64,000 nt of DNA from Candidatus Poribacteria bacterium (lineage in GTDB: Bacteria; Poribacteria; WGA-4E; GCA-2687025), in assembly GCA_028818695.1 (NCBI GenBank), contig JAPPNK010000005.1:6927-70926 (forward strand). The letters run 5' to 3'. This document shows, in pieces, positions 17,776 through 27,446 of the stretch. Each line of letters opens with the position of its first letter. Position 1 is the first letter of the stretch. The notes under the pieces were generated by a model. The model worked only from the letters and a program-made list of their open reading frames with translations, was not told the DNA's origin and made no database searches. Made by a program: the position numbers and the translations under genes.

Positions 17776-18558
17776 ATGAAGGAATTTTGCCCTATGAAGA
17801 TTCGAAAACGACTCCTTTCAGCTGCCGCGCTCGGAGCGGCCGCGACGCTTCTTCTGACCGCTGGATGCGAAACCATCCCCTACCCCCTTAACCCAGACGG
17901 TCCCGTCGAAACAGTGAACTTCACTGTCCGCATTGAAAACGTCTCGGACGGCTCCGTCCTTTTGGCGCCGGGCATCTGGCTGCTCCATACCACGGACGGG
18001 CCTCTCTTCTCTGACGGCGGCATGGGCGTACTCGGCCTTGAGCCTCTCGCCGAAGACGGCAACCCGTTCCCGCTGACCGGGTTGAACCCGTCCGGCCTCG
18101 CCATTCATCTGGACGCCGACCCCGGCATTCTCTACGGCGGCGTGTTCGCCGCTCCGGAAGGCTCCGACACTCCCGCGCCGCTCCACGCAGGCGAATCGTA
18201 CGTGTTCAACTTCCCTGCCGTGTACGGCGCCAAACTCACCTTCGCCACCATGTTCGTCCACTCGAACGATCTCTTTTACGCCCCAAGCGAAATGGGCATC
18301 GATCTGTTTGACGAGCAGTACGCTGTTCCTCTGAAAGGCGACGTCACCGACATGATCATGCTCTGGGACGCCGGCACCGAGGTGAACGAAGAACCGGGCG
18401 TCGGACCCAACCAAGCGCCGCGCCAGGCTGGTCCAAACACGGGCGAAGATGAAAACGGCGTCGTTCATCTCGTCAACGACGGATACGTCTACCCGCCGGT
18501 GGAATCGGCTATCCGCGTGACGATCATGAACGACAAGCTGAACCCGGACAATTACTAA
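17776..18558 (+). CDS. Lipoprotein, possibly Spondin_N-like domain
   Basis: Lipobox LLTAGC; FTVRIENVS...GIWLLHTTDGPLFSDGG...GLEPLAEDGNP resembles Spondin_N bacterial homologs. Confidence 0.55.
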   Translation: MKEFCPMKIRKRLLSAAALGAAATLLLTAGCETIPYPLNPDGPVETVNFTVRIENVSDGSVLLAPGIWLLHTTDGPLFSDGGMGVLGLEPLAEDGNPFPLTGLNPSGLAIHLDADPGILYGGVFAAPEGSDTPAPLHAGESYVFNFPAVYGAKLTFATMFVHSNDLFYAPSEMGIDLFDEQYAVPLKGDVTDMIMLWDAGTEVNEEPGVGPNQAPRQAGPNTGEDENGVVHLVNDGYVYPPVESAIRVTIMNDKLNPDNY

Positions 18559-18619
18559 ACTTGTGAGAAAGCCGCGTCAGCGCGCCTCGGCGAAAGGCTG
18601 AGGCGCGCCGCGCATACCC

Positions 18620-19561
18620 ATGCCGAATGAAGCCGTCTTCCGGGTGTCGCAAGAAGGTGCCGGTATGCGTCTGGATAAACTGGTTGTCGAAGCCGCCGAC
18701 GGCTGGTCGCGCGGCGACATCCAGCGCGCCATACGCGCCGGCGCAATCCTTGTCGACGGCAGGCGAGTCGCGCCCAGCTTTCGTGTGTCCGCTGGACAGC
18801 GGATCGAACGCCCGCTCAATCCGCCCAAGCCCGAAACCCCAAAGCCCGAACCGATACCCCTTCACATCGTCTATGAAGAAGCGGACGCTCTCGTCGTCAA
18901 CAAACCGGCGGGCATGACGACGCATCCTGCGCCAGGCTCCGAGTCGGGAACGCTGGTGAACGCGCTTCTCGCGCATTGCCCGCAGATTGCGCATGTCGGG
19001 GAGCCGAACCGCCCCGGCATTGTCCACCGCCTTGACCGAGGCACGAGCGGGCTTCTCGCCGCCGCCAAAACGACGCGCGGATATGAAGCGCTGCGCCCGC
19101 AGTTTGCCGATCATTCGACGGAGCGCCGATATTGCGCCGTTGTGTACGGCTCTCCGCCGGATGTCGGCGTCATCGACGCGCCGATCGGTCGCAGCGCGCG
19201 CAACCGAACGCGCTTCACGGTTGGCGGAATCCACCCGCGCAGCGCCGTGACGCATTTCAGCGCCGCGGAGCGATTCCGCTATCAAGGCGCCGACTTCGCC
19301 CTGTTGAACGTAACGCTTGAAACGGGGCGGACGCATCAGATACGGGTTCATCTGTCGCATATCGGTTTCGGCGTCGTCGGCGACCCGACCTACGGGAGCG
19401 GTTCTCGGGGCGGTCTCCTGCGGGCAGAGCGGCCGATGCTCCATGCGGAGCGGCTCGGATTTGCGCTTCCATCCACAGGAGAGCTCCGAACCTTCCGCGT
19501 CAACCCGCCCGGCGACATTCAGCAGACGCTGGCGGTACTGCGCGGGGAGGGCTCGTCGTAA
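18620..19561 (+). CDS. rluD: RluA-family 23S rRNA pseudouridine synthase (RluD-like)
   Basis: S4 domain N-terminus; catalytic HRLDRGTSGLL motif. Confidence 0.9.
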   Translation: MPNEAVFRVSQEGAGMRLDKLVVEAADGWSRGDIQRAIRAGAILVDGRRVAPSFRVSAGQRIERPLNPPKPETPKPEPIPLHIVYEEADALVVNKPAGMTTHPAPGSESGTLVNALLAHCPQIAHVGEPNRPGIVHRLDRGTSGLLAAAKTTRGYEALRPQFADHSTERRYCAVVYGSPPDVGVIDAPIGRSARNRTRFTVGGIHPRSAVTHFSAAERFRYQGADFALLNVTLETGRTHQIRVHLSHIGFGVVGDPTYGSGSRGGLLRAERPMLHAERLGFALPSTGELRTFRVNPPGDIQQTLAVLRGEGSS

Positions 19562-19667
19562 TTTAAGCGGCGGATGGGCAGTTTTTGTTCCGCCTTCTGT
19601 TTGCGTACAGCTCAAGATCGGGGTATGCTTAAAGGGACGCCCGCAACGTCATTGGAAAGGATTCTGT

Positions 19668-20681
19668 ATGTTTAAAAAAATCGCACTCGCTGCCGTCGCT
19701 TCGATGCTCGCACTCGCTCATATCAACGCGGAAGCTCAGGTTGCCTTTCTAGAGATCAGACCGCCCGACTCGAACGATATTTCCGGATTCTACAACAAAA
19801 TTTATTTCGTTGAGGATTCGTTTGGGTACCTCGTCGGGGAGCAAACGCTCGAAGACGAGAAAGCGATCGTCTCCTTCTCGCGCGACAAGGGCAAGTCCTG
19901 GGAAATTAAAGCGCAGCTCGCGCCCGATCGGCTCATGGGCGGAGCCTTCGTGGACGAGAAACATGGATGGGTTGTCGGCGAGCGCGGCTCCGTAATCCAC
20001 ACAAGGGACGGGGGGGAAAACTGGCGCATCCAAACCAGCAAGGTGTCGGTCGACCTGCAAAGCGTCTTCTTCCTGGACGAAAAGGTCGGATGGGCTGTCG
20101 GAAGCAACAGCACCGTCGTCCATACCGATAGCGGCGGACGTTCATGGGACATACTCTTGGGCGGAACTCCCAGCGAGAATGTCGGGGAAGGCGAGATCAC
20201 CTTTCTTGACGTTCATTTCTTTGACGAGAAAAACGGGGTACTGGTTGGCGCCGGCGCTGAAGGCGTCGTCATGATCACCTCCGACGGCGGGACAACTTGG
20301 GTCGTAGTCCACAAGTCGTCGGCGAACTACGCCAGCCTCGCCTTCGGCGACAAAAACAACGGATGGGTGGTTGGACAAGACGGCATGGTTGAAGCGACGA
20401 CAGACGGAGGAAAAACTTGGACGCCCCAAAACAGCGGGGTTGAAGAATATCTGAAAGATGTCGCCGCCGCGGACGGTAAAACGGCATGGCTCTCCGGCGA
20501 CAACGGAACCATCGGATACACCGCCGACGGCGGTAAAACATGGAGCCTCGTCGAAGTGCCGGTCACCATCTTCGGCAAGAAGTCGCCGTTGAAAAGGCCT
20601 GTCACAGGCATCGCCGCCTTTAAAAAGAAAGCGTGGGCAGTGACCGATTTCGGCCGCGTCTTCCATTTTCAGCTCCAGTGA
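19668..20681 (+). CDS. Ycf48-like BNR/Asp-box repeat protein (photosystem II assembly factor-like beta-propeller)
   Basis: Signal peptide MFKKIALAAVASMLALA; six repeats of the D-G-G-x-(T/S)-W pattern; the listed ORF start at 19317 is an artefactual extension overlapping rluD. Confidence 0.8.
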   Translation: MFKKIALAAVASMLALAHINAEAQVAFLEIRPPDSNDISGFYNKIYFVEDSFGYLVGEQTLEDEKAIVSFSRDKGKSWEIKAQLAPDRLMGGAFVDEKHGWVVGERGSVIHTRDGGENWRIQTSKVSVDLQSVFFLDEKVGWAVGSNSTVVHTDSGGRSWDILLGGTPSENVGEGEITFLDVHFFDEKNGVLVGAGAEGVVMITSDGGTTWVVVHKSSANYASLAFGDKNNGWVVGQDGMVEATTDGGKTWTPQNSGVEEYLKDVAAADGKTAWLSGDNGTIGYTADGGKTWSLVEVPVTIFGKKSPLKRPVTGIAAFKKKAWAVTDFGRVFHFQLQ

Positions 20682-21853
20682 GGCGTCTTGCGGCGCGCGT
20701 TGAACCGCTCGGGTCCGAATCGGCGTTCAGCGTTCTGAAACGCGCGCGCGAACTGGAAGCGCAGGGGCGGGACATCGTCCATGTCGAAATCGGACAGCCC
20801 GATTTCAACACGCCGGCGCATATCGTCCAAGCCGCTTACAAAGCGATACGCGCCGGCGAAACAGGGTACGCCCCCACCATGGGGCTGCCCGAAATGCGCG
20901 AAGCGGCGGCTCTGGACGCTTCCAAACGCCGCGGGATACAGATCGACCCTGAAGATGTCATCGTTGCAACCGGCGCCAAACCGCTGCTTTTCTTCGCCGC
21001 CCTCGCCTGCATCGAAACAGGAGACGAGGTCCTATGCCCCAACCCAGGCTTCCCGATCTACGAATCGGTCGTACGCATGGCGGGCGGAACGCCCGTGCCG
21101 TACTATTTAAAAGAGTCGCGCGGCTTCCGCTTCGACATTGACCAGTTCCAGGACGCTCTCACCGACAGAACGGCGATGGCGATCTTGAACTCGCCGCACA
21201 ACCCGACCGGCGGGACGCTCTCCAAGACGGAGCTGAGAGCGGTTGCCGACGCGGCGAACGACCGCGGCCTCTGGGTTCTCTCAGACGAGGTTTACGGACG
21301 GTTGGTTTACGACGAACCGCATGAGAGCGTTCTATCGTTCGAGGGAATGCGCGGCAGAACGATCATGGTGGACGGCGCCTCCAAGGCGTATGCGATGACG
21401 GGCTGGCGGCTCGGATGGGCGGTCTTGCCTCCGGCGCTGAAAACGGCGTTTGAGCTGTTGACCGTCAATTCCAACTCATGCGCTCCGCCGTTCACGCAAC
21501 GGGCCGGCGCAGCCGCCCTGAACGGACCCCAAGACTGCGTCCAGCGCATGCGCCTCGAATTCGCCAGACGGCGCGAGATCGTCGTTGACGGCTTGAACGC
21601 CATCGACGGAATCGAATGCGCGTCTCCGCAGGGCGCTTTTTACGCCTTTCCAAATATACGTCAGCTTGGAAACGATAAGCAGATCGCCGACCAGCTGCTG
21701 GAAGAGGCAGGCGTCGCGTCGCTGTGGGGTTCCTCCTTTGGCGACGGCGGGACGGGCCATCTCCGCATCTCCTACGCGACCGCCGTTGAGCGTTTAGAAG
21801 AGGCGCTTCGCCGTATTCGATGCTTTGCCGAAAAAACGCTTCGAGCGCCTTAG
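20678..21853 (+). CDS. Class I/II pyridoxal-phosphate-dependent aminotransferase (aspartate aminotransferase family)
   Basis: GQPDF, SKAYAMTGWRLGW (PLP lysine) motifs; GTG start overlapping the upstream stop (GTGA). Confidence 0.85.
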   Translation: MRRLAARVEPLGSESAFSVLKRARELEAQGRDIVHVEIGQPDFNTPAHIVQAAYKAIRAGETGYAPTMGLPEMREAAALDASKRRGIQIDPEDVIVATGAKPLLFFAALACIETGDEVLCPNPGFPIYESVVRMAGGTPVPYYLKESRGFRFDIDQFQDALTDRTAMAILNSPHNPTGGTLSKTELRAVADAANDRGLWVLSDEVYGRLVYDEPHESVLSFEGMRGRTIMVDGASKAYAMTGWRLGWAVLPPALKTAFELLTVNSNSCAPPFTQRAGAAALNGPQDCVQRMRLEFARRREIVVDGLNAIDGIECASPQGAFYAFPNIRQLGNDKQIADQLLEEAGVASLWGSSFGDGGTGHLRISYATAVERLEEALRRIRCFAEKTLRAP

Positions 21854-22449
21854 CCCTCAGCCTGCGAATCTGAGCGAATCGTCCGGTTAAAACGGTTCAT
21901 TGCCGCTTCAAACCCGTTTGCCGCGGCGTATTTCAGCGCGTCTGCCGTATATTCGATCAGCTCCGCCGCAACAGACGCCTCGCTGCGGCGAAACGCGCTG
22001 AGGGCAAAGTCGGACGCCCTTGACGGATGCGGAGCCGGACCGATCCCAAGACGCGCGCGGGGCGTCTCCTCGGTCCCGAGCTCCTGCAGGACGGAGCGCA
22101 GGCCGTTATGGCTCCCCGCGCTTCCGCGAAGCCGAAGCCGCAGCGAACCGAGCGTCAAATGAAAATCGTCCAGAACGATCCAGATGTTCTCTGGGGGAAT
22201 GCCGTATGTCTCCGACAGGGCGCGAACGGCATGCCCGCTCTTGTTCATATAGGTCAACGGTTTCGCCAATAGGACGCGGACGCCTTCCAACTCCGCAGGC
22301 TGAAGCGCCGCGTTGAATTTGAGATAGGCTCCCCCGCATGAATGGCGGCGCGAAAGCGCATCCACCGTTTTAAAACCGATGTTGTGGCGCGTTCCGTCAT
22401 ACGCCGCGCCGGGGTTGCCCAAGCCGATAACCGCCGCCTCAAAGCTCAT
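21850..22449 (-). CDS. pth: Peptidyl-tRNA hydrolase
   Basis: MSFEAAVIGLGNPG...YDGTRHNIGF signature; start trimmed from the listed ORF to the conserved N-terminus. Confidence 0.9.
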   Translation of the reverse strand: MSFEAAVIGLGNPGAAYDGTRHNIGFKTVDALSRRHSCGGAYLKFNAALQPAELEGVRVLLAKPLTYMNKSGHAVRALSETYGIPPENIWIVLDDFHLTLGSLRLRLRGSAGSHNGLRSVLQELGTEETPRARLGIGPAPHPSRASDFALSAFRRSEASVAAELIEYTADALKYAAANGFEAAMNRFNRTIRSDSQAEG

Positions 22450-23179
22450 CGTCAAGTTCAGCGTAAAAAACAAGGTCGATCGGGCTGGACAGGCGCAGCT
22501 GCGAAGCGTTCGGGTCCAGCTCTTTTCCTTCGACCAGCAGCGCCGCGCGCCGCGTCGTCGGCAGATTTTCGCGTATCGTTTTCGCCAGGGAGATCACAAT
22601 CTCCAGCTCCCGCGTGAGACCCTTGTTAAGGCTCTCTGCAAAGCCGTCGGTAAAATTCAGATACGCCTGATTCTCCGCGTCTATGTAGGCGCTCAACAGC
22701 TCTGTGGACGGAACAATCCCGCCCGCTTCCGCCATCGCAGACATCCACACCTCCGCGACCAGTTTGAGCCTGTTTGCGTTTCCTTCAGGTATCTTCTCTT
22801 GGCGCCGCTTGGTTGACCATGTCCCGCCGTCCGCGTCCGCCTCGGCGCTGGGCAGCGCAATGAGCAGCGAGCGCTCCTGCGTCTGAGCGGCGGGGTTGCC
22901 TGGAGCGTTGTGAAGATCGTTTGCGGAGTTGAGAACGGGCGCGTCCGACTCCGCCGGCGGATTCGGAAGCAGGACCGCCCAGATAATGAACGCCGCCGCC
23001 GACAGACTCGCCAGCAAAACCGCCGCGACGCATCCGTAAAGATTGATTTTGGGCTGCTTTGCGGCGGAATTTTCTGCGGAACGCGGAGAGTCGTCGTCTC
23101 CCGCCGCCCGACGACGACGCTCTAGGTACCGGCGGCGCCGTTCAAGCGCGCGGGCGCGTTCTGGGCTGCGCGGGCGCAT
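22439..23179 (-). CDS. Membrane-anchored GerMN-like domain protein (hypothetical)
   Basis: Arg-rich N-terminus, one transmembrane helix, C-terminal region resembling the GerMN domain; sits between amidase and pth. Confidence 0.45.
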   Translation of the reverse strand: MRPRSPERARALERRRRYLERRRRAAGDDDSPRSAENSAAKQPKINLYGCVAAVLLASLSAAAFIIWAVLLPNPPAESDAPVLNSANDLHNAPGNPAAQTQERSLLIALPSAEADADGGTWSTKRRQEKIPEGNANRLKLVAEVWMSAMAEAGGIVPSTELLSAYIDAENQAYLNFTDGFAESLNKGLTRELEIVISLAKTIRENLPTTRRAALLVEGKELDPNASQLRLSSPIDLVFYAELDDEL

Positions 23180-23183
23180 CGGT

Positions 23184-24326
23184 TCAGGGTTTGTAACGGG
23201 CGGCGCCGTTCCAGATCGCCGCAGCCGCGCTTTCTATTGTTTGCGAAAGAAGCCAATAACCCGCCTCCTCCGCGTTGGAAAGATACGCCATCTCAATATA
23301 CAGCGCGGGGCGGTTCGCGCGCTCCAGCGCCGGCAACGGCAACCGAAGACGCTTGCCCTCAAAACCTGCCTCCTTGAGCGCCTCCTCCACGGCGTCCGCT
23401 AATTTTTCGGCGTCCTCCGGCGGCGAGGCGCGCCTGTCCGCGTTCTCCCCTTCGGTTGAAGATCGGTCGGGGGGAAGCGTGACGATGCGGTAACCGCTCC
23501 GACCGCTTGAGATCGAATCGTTAAAATGAAGCGAGATGAACGCGGTCGCGCCGCCCTCTTCGGCGGCTTGCATCCGCTCTTCAAGCGCGCGCGCCGCATC
23601 GTCCGCGCGCGTTAAAAAAACGGCTCCGCCCGCCAGAGCCGCCGCCGTCTTGATCTCCTTCGCCAACGCCAGCGTCAAATCTTTCTCAACCGCTCCGCTG
23701 CGTTCCAGACCGACGTCGGAACCGCCATGTCCGGCGTCAACGGCGACTTTTAAACCTGTCCAAACAGGAGCTTCCAGCTCCATCAGCGCATACGGCGGCG
23801 TTTCGGGAAGCGTCGACTCTATGATCGGGGTCGGATCGGAAGGCTCCATCGGCGGCTCCGCTTCAGGCGTCGAATCTGCCGCGCGCACAACCAGCTCGCG
23901 CGCGCCCGCGTCATACTCCACCAGCACAGGCGCCGCCTTCGGAATCGCCTCCGTCAAAAACTGAATGGGCGTCCACGGCTCGCCGGCAATCTCCACCGCA
24001 GGTCGGCGCATCGAGACGCTCCCGCGCGTTCCGATCGCCGCCTCCGCCGAACCCATTTTTAAACGCACAATTCTCGACTGACCCGACGGCATACGCAGCT
24101 GAACCGACAGCCGGCGCGTTGAACTGCGGTAAAAATAACGCAGGCGAACGGGCGAATTTTCGTCGTTAAACAGCTCCCGCAGATCCTTGACCGCCACATA
24201 CGGCTCGTTGCTCAGCAGGCGCGGCTCCATCTGTATAACCGCGCCGCCGGCGCCATGCCGAGCCGCAATCGGTCCCAGTTCCGCCGACGCAAACGGAAAC
24301 GCGCACAGGAGCAGGACGAGCGGCAT
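23184..24326 (-). CDS. amiC: N-acetylmuramoyl-L-alanine amidase (AMIN plus Amidase_3)
   Basis: Signal peptide MPLVLLLCAFPFASA; C-terminal VAVDAGHGG...ISLHFN Amidase_3 motifs. Confidence 0.85.
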   Translation of the reverse strand: MPLVLLLCAFPFASAELGPIAARHGAGGAVIQMEPRLLSNEPYVAVKDLRELFNDENSPVRLRYFYRSSTRRLSVQLRMPSGQSRIVRLKMGSAEAAIGTRGSVSMRRPAVEIAGEPWTPIQFLTEAIPKAAPVLVEYDAGARELVVRAADSTPEAEPPMEPSDPTPIIESTLPETPPYALMELEAPVWTGLKVAVDAGHGGSDVGLERSGAVEKDLTLALAKEIKTAAALAGGAVFLTRADDAARALEERMQAAEEGGATAFISLHFNDSISSGRSGYRIVTLPPDRSSTEGENADRRASPPEDAEKLADAVEEALKEAGFEGKRLRLPLPALERANRPALYIEMAYLSNAEEAGYWLLSQTIESAAAAIWNGAARYKP

Positions 24327-24408
24327 AGCGAACCTAAAATATCCGCGCGCGCCGATATAGCCGCAGGAAGCGGATAGATGTCGACAGCCGACCGCCCGTT
24401 CGAACCGC

Positions 24409-25080
24409 TTATGCGGCGTCGCCATCGTCTTCTGCCTCTTTGGTTTCTTCCGTCTCTTCGGTTTCTTCGGCGTCTTCGGCTTCCTCGTCCGTCAGCTCCT
24501 CCGGCGCGGCGACAGGTTCCTCTTCCACGCGAGGCGCCGCAACCAATGCGATCACCATATCGCCGTCGGTCAAAATCTCCACGCCCTCCGGCGGCTCCAG
24601 CAGATGAACATGGACAGACTGCCCAATCTCCAGCTCGGAGATGTCCAGCGTCAGCGAGTCGGGAATGTCGGTCGGCAAAACGCGCACCTCCACCTGACGG
24701 GTCAAAAACTCAAGAATGCCGCCAAGCCCGACGCCGACAGGCTCGCCTACCAGCTCAATATCGACGGTGACGACGATCTCTTCATTCAGGCGTATATTCT
24801 GGAAGTCCACATGGAGCAGATCGCGCCGGACGGGGTCCTGCTGAATCTCTTTGACGACAGCCATCCCCTGCTCGCCGTCGATGAAGAGGCTGATGAGAGC
24901 GCGTTCAGCGTTTTCGTTCACCAGCGCTCGGCGAAAAAGGCGCGCGTCAATCTGTATGGAACGCGCCGGTTCCCCTTGACTATACGCCACCGCCGGCAGT
25001 TTGCCCGCTCTTCGGAGCGCTCGCGCCGCCCCCTTGCCAGAACCTGTCCGCGTCTCCGCCTCGATACGTACCTGATGCAT
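24409..25080 (-). CDS. rplY: 50S ribosomal protein L25 / general stress protein Ctc (long form)
   Basis: MHQVRIEAETRTGSGKGAARALRRAGKLPAVAY; acidic C-terminal tail; conserved ctc-pth neighbourhood. Confidence 0.9.
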   Translation of the reverse strand: MHQVRIEAETRTGSGKGAARALRRAGKLPAVAYSQGEPARSIQIDARLFRRALVNENAERALISLFIDGEQGMAVVKEIQQDPVRRDLLHVDFQNIRLNEEIVVTVDIELVGEPVGVGLGGILEFLTRQVEVRVLPTDIPDSLTLDISELEIGQSVHVHLLEPPEGVEILTDGDMVIALVAAPRVEEEPVAAPEELTDEEAEDAEETEETEETKEAEDDGDAA

Positions 25081-25179
25081 CGCGCCCACTCCTCGTCCGT
25101 CGTTTCGGCACACTTCCGCATATGAACTCGCGGCTAATTAGTATAGCGCGCCGACGCCCGGCGGTCAAGCGGTTCGATC

Positions 25180-25344
25180 TGACCTCATGCTAAAAGTTGG
25201 GACAGTTGAACGACCAAAGCCTTTACTCATGGGAAAAGATGTCGCCAACCCGGCCGTCATTCCCGCGCAAGCGGGAATCTAGAGACGCCGCAGAAACCGT
25301 CCGCGTTCGCCCAGGCGAATGTCCCAACTAAAGCGCTAAGGTCA
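25180..25344. mobile_element. MITE-like 165-bp repeat, copy 1 (inverted relative to copies 2 and 3)
   Basis: Ends tgacctcatgctaaaagttgggaca ... tgtcccaactaaagcgctaaggtca form a roughly 24-bp imperfect terminal inverted repeat; internal palindrome ttcccgcgcaagcgggaa; intergenic. Confidence 0.7.
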
Positions 25345-25418
25345 GAAGCGAGGGTTGCGCCTGCGCCGCCGCAGCTGTATCATAGAAAGAGCAGTCCAGA
25401 TGAGATCAGGAGAGCTCC

Positions 25419-26027
25419 ATGTTCTTTAGAAAAAAACCGTCTCCCCGCACAGGTTTATCTGTCGAAGAAGCCGCCAAACGAACGCCCCCTGGACAATACC
25501 TCACCGACAAATTCCCTGTCCTCACCTACGGACCGACGCCCCGCTTCGATCCTGAAACATGGGATTTTCGCGTCTGGGGGCTGGTGGAAGAGCAGGCGCG
25601 CTGGACATATGAGCAGTTTATGGAGCTCCCGACCGTCCAAATCACCGCCGACTTCCACTGCGTCACCACATGGAGCCGTCTGGAAAACCGATGGGAAGGC
25701 GTCTCTATCCATGAAATCATGAAACATGTCCAGCTGAAACCCGAAGCGCAATTTGCCATGTTCCACTGCGACGGCGGATACACAACGAACGTCTCTTTAG
25801 AGGTTCTTCTGGACGACGATGTCCTGCTCGCTTACAAACTAGACGGCGAAAACATCGACCTCGCGCATGGATGGCCGCTCCGCTCCATCGTTCCCAAACG
25901 ATATGCGTGGAAAAGCGCAAAGTGGCTGCGCGGCATTGAGTTCATGGCAGCCGACAAGCCCGGCTTCTGGGAACGCAACGGCTACCATATGGACGGCGAC
26001 CCTTGGAAGGAGGAACGGTACCGATGA
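25419..26027 (+). CDS. Sulfite-oxidase-like molybdopterin-binding oxidoreductase (single-domain, cytoplasmic)
   Basis: 202 aa; HCVTTWS...WEGV...AYKLDGE...HGWPLR Moco-domain motifs; no signal peptide. Confidence 0.8.
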   Translation: MFFRKKPSPRTGLSVEEAAKRTPPGQYLTDKFPVLTYGPTPRFDPETWDFRVWGLVEEQARWTYEQFMELPTVQITADFHCVTTWSRLENRWEGVSIHEIMKHVQLKPEAQFAMFHCDGGYTTNVSLEVLLDDDVLLAYKLDGENIDLAHGWPLRSIVPKRYAWKSAKWLRGIEFMAADKPGFWERNGYHMDGDPWKEERYR

Positions 26028-27247
26028 TGGAATCGAATGCGCAGGAAGGGCTTGGGCGCCGTCTTCGCGCGGGCTTCAACCGCGTCATCTACGCCCTATG
26101 GGATTACAGCGACCAGCTGGACGAGCTGCGGAAAATAAAGGACGAGGAGGAGGCGGAGAAAAAGCTGAGCGACATGGCGGACCTGTTCGCCGAAAAATAC
26201 CGCAGCGGCGACCCTGTCTGGTCGGAGTATCTCAAGCTGAAAGGAAAATACACGCTTCCGAACATCACTGGCCTTTCGGCAGAGAAGATGGTGCGCTACC
26301 GCGAGCTGGACATCCAGCTGTTTGTCGAAAACAGCAAGCGCCGCAGGGATCTGAGCCGAGCGCAGGTCAAACTGCGCTGGAAAAACGAAAAAGATACCCT
26401 GAAAAAGATGGAGGATGAGGAAGCCGCCGAGAAGAAACTGGACGCGCTCGTCGAAGAGCTCGGTCCCAAGTATGAACAGAGCGAGAAAACGTGGACCGAT
26501 TACATCCGCTTGGACGGGGAACGTACGCTGAACGGAAGTCTGCCGGACAAAAAGGCAATTCAGCGCATCAAGCTGCAAATGCAGCTGTACGGGTCCAATA
26601 AACGGCGCCGCATCAGTCTCGTCAAACTGCGCTGGAAAGTGGAAAAAAAGGCGATCGGACAGATAAAGGACGAGAATGCCGCCAAGAAAAAACTGAAGGC
26701 GGTCGCTGAAGAGCTGGGTCCTAAATATCCTGGCAAAGCGGATGAGTGGACCGAATATATTCGTCTGGACGGACAGTGTGAGGTGGACGAGCTGCTGCCG
26801 ACTGAACAGTTGATTCGCCACAGAAAGCTCAAAATCGAACTCTACGGCGACTGCGATCACTGCGAGCAAATTTTACAGGAATTGCGCCTCAAGAAGCGAT
26901 GGAATGATGAAAAAGAGGCCCTGAAAAAGATGGAGGATCGAAACGCCGCCATCGAGAAAGCGGAGGCGCTTATCGAAGAGATCGGGCCGAAGTACCCGGA
27001 GGAAGCGGAAGCATGGACGGAATATCTGCGCTTGGACTGCCAATACCAGTTCAAAAACGACATGCCGATTGAGCAGACATTTCGACGTCAAGAGCTGCTG
27101 ATCGATCTCTACGGAAGCAGCAAGGGAAGGCGCGAGAAATTGGAGAGCCTTCAACGGAAGATGATGAATCCGACCGAAAATGCGGAACAGAACGACCGCG
27201 TTATAAAAGAATTCACCCTCACAGAGGGAACGCATGATCTGGAATAG
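26024..27247 (+). CDS. Hypothetical protein of four tandem ~95-aa repeats
   Basis: Repeat unit KLRWKxEKxxLKKMEDxxAAxKKLxAxVEELGPKY...W(T/S)xYxRLDG...LYG recurs four times; ATG overlaps the upstream stop (ATGA). Confidence 0.65.
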   Translation: MMESNAQEGLGRRLRAGFNRVIYALWDYSDQLDELRKIKDEEEAEKKLSDMADLFAEKYRSGDPVWSEYLKLKGKYTLPNITGLSAEKMVRYRELDIQLFVENSKRRRDLSRAQVKLRWKNEKDTLKKMEDEEAAEKKLDALVEELGPKYEQSEKTWTDYIRLDGERTLNGSLPDKKAIQRIKLQMQLYGSNKRRRISLVKLRWKVEKKAIGQIKDENAAKKKLKAVAEELGPKYPGKADEWTEYIRLDGQCEVDELLPTEQLIRHRKLKIELYGDCDHCEQILQELRLKKRWNDEKEALKKMEDRNAAIEKAEALIEEIGPKYPEEAEAWTEYLRLDCQYQFKNDMPIEQTFRRQELLIDLYGSSKGRREKLESLQRKMMNPTENAEQNDRVIKEFTLTEGTHDLE

Positions 27248-27319
27248 ATTGATCTGAATGTTGAGATCCAACGCGAGGACAACGCCCTCAAAAAGGAGAT
27301 TGGGTTCTGTACCAGGCGG

Positions 27320-27354
27320 CCGGTCGTCGAACTGCTGGCCGCCTGCGCACAGCG
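27320..27354 (+). terminator. GC-rich hairpin (candidate terminator/attenuator)
   Basis: caggcggccgg-loop-ctggccgcctg, 9-10 bp stem in the 200-bp gap between the repeat-protein gene and the COG0523 gene; no strong U-tract. Confidence 0.25.
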
Positions 27355-27446
27355 CAGATCGGAGAAAGACAATACTGCCTGAGACGAATCCACACCATTC
27401 CCACCTGCCCTACTATGTCATCACACTATTATGAGTAAAGGAAATT

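Noticed and set aside
19317-19667. 5' extension of the Ycf48-like ORF overlapping rluD by 245 nt
   Set aside because: Extension is Arg/Ser-rich low-complexity and overlaps a well-supported gene; a signal peptide start with RBS is present at 19668.
27400-27446. Possible Zur-box palindrome upstream of the first COG0523 gene (tcatcacactattatgagta)
   Set aside because: Only a weak, imperfect dyad; cannot be distinguished from a plain -10 region without a genome-wide motif model.
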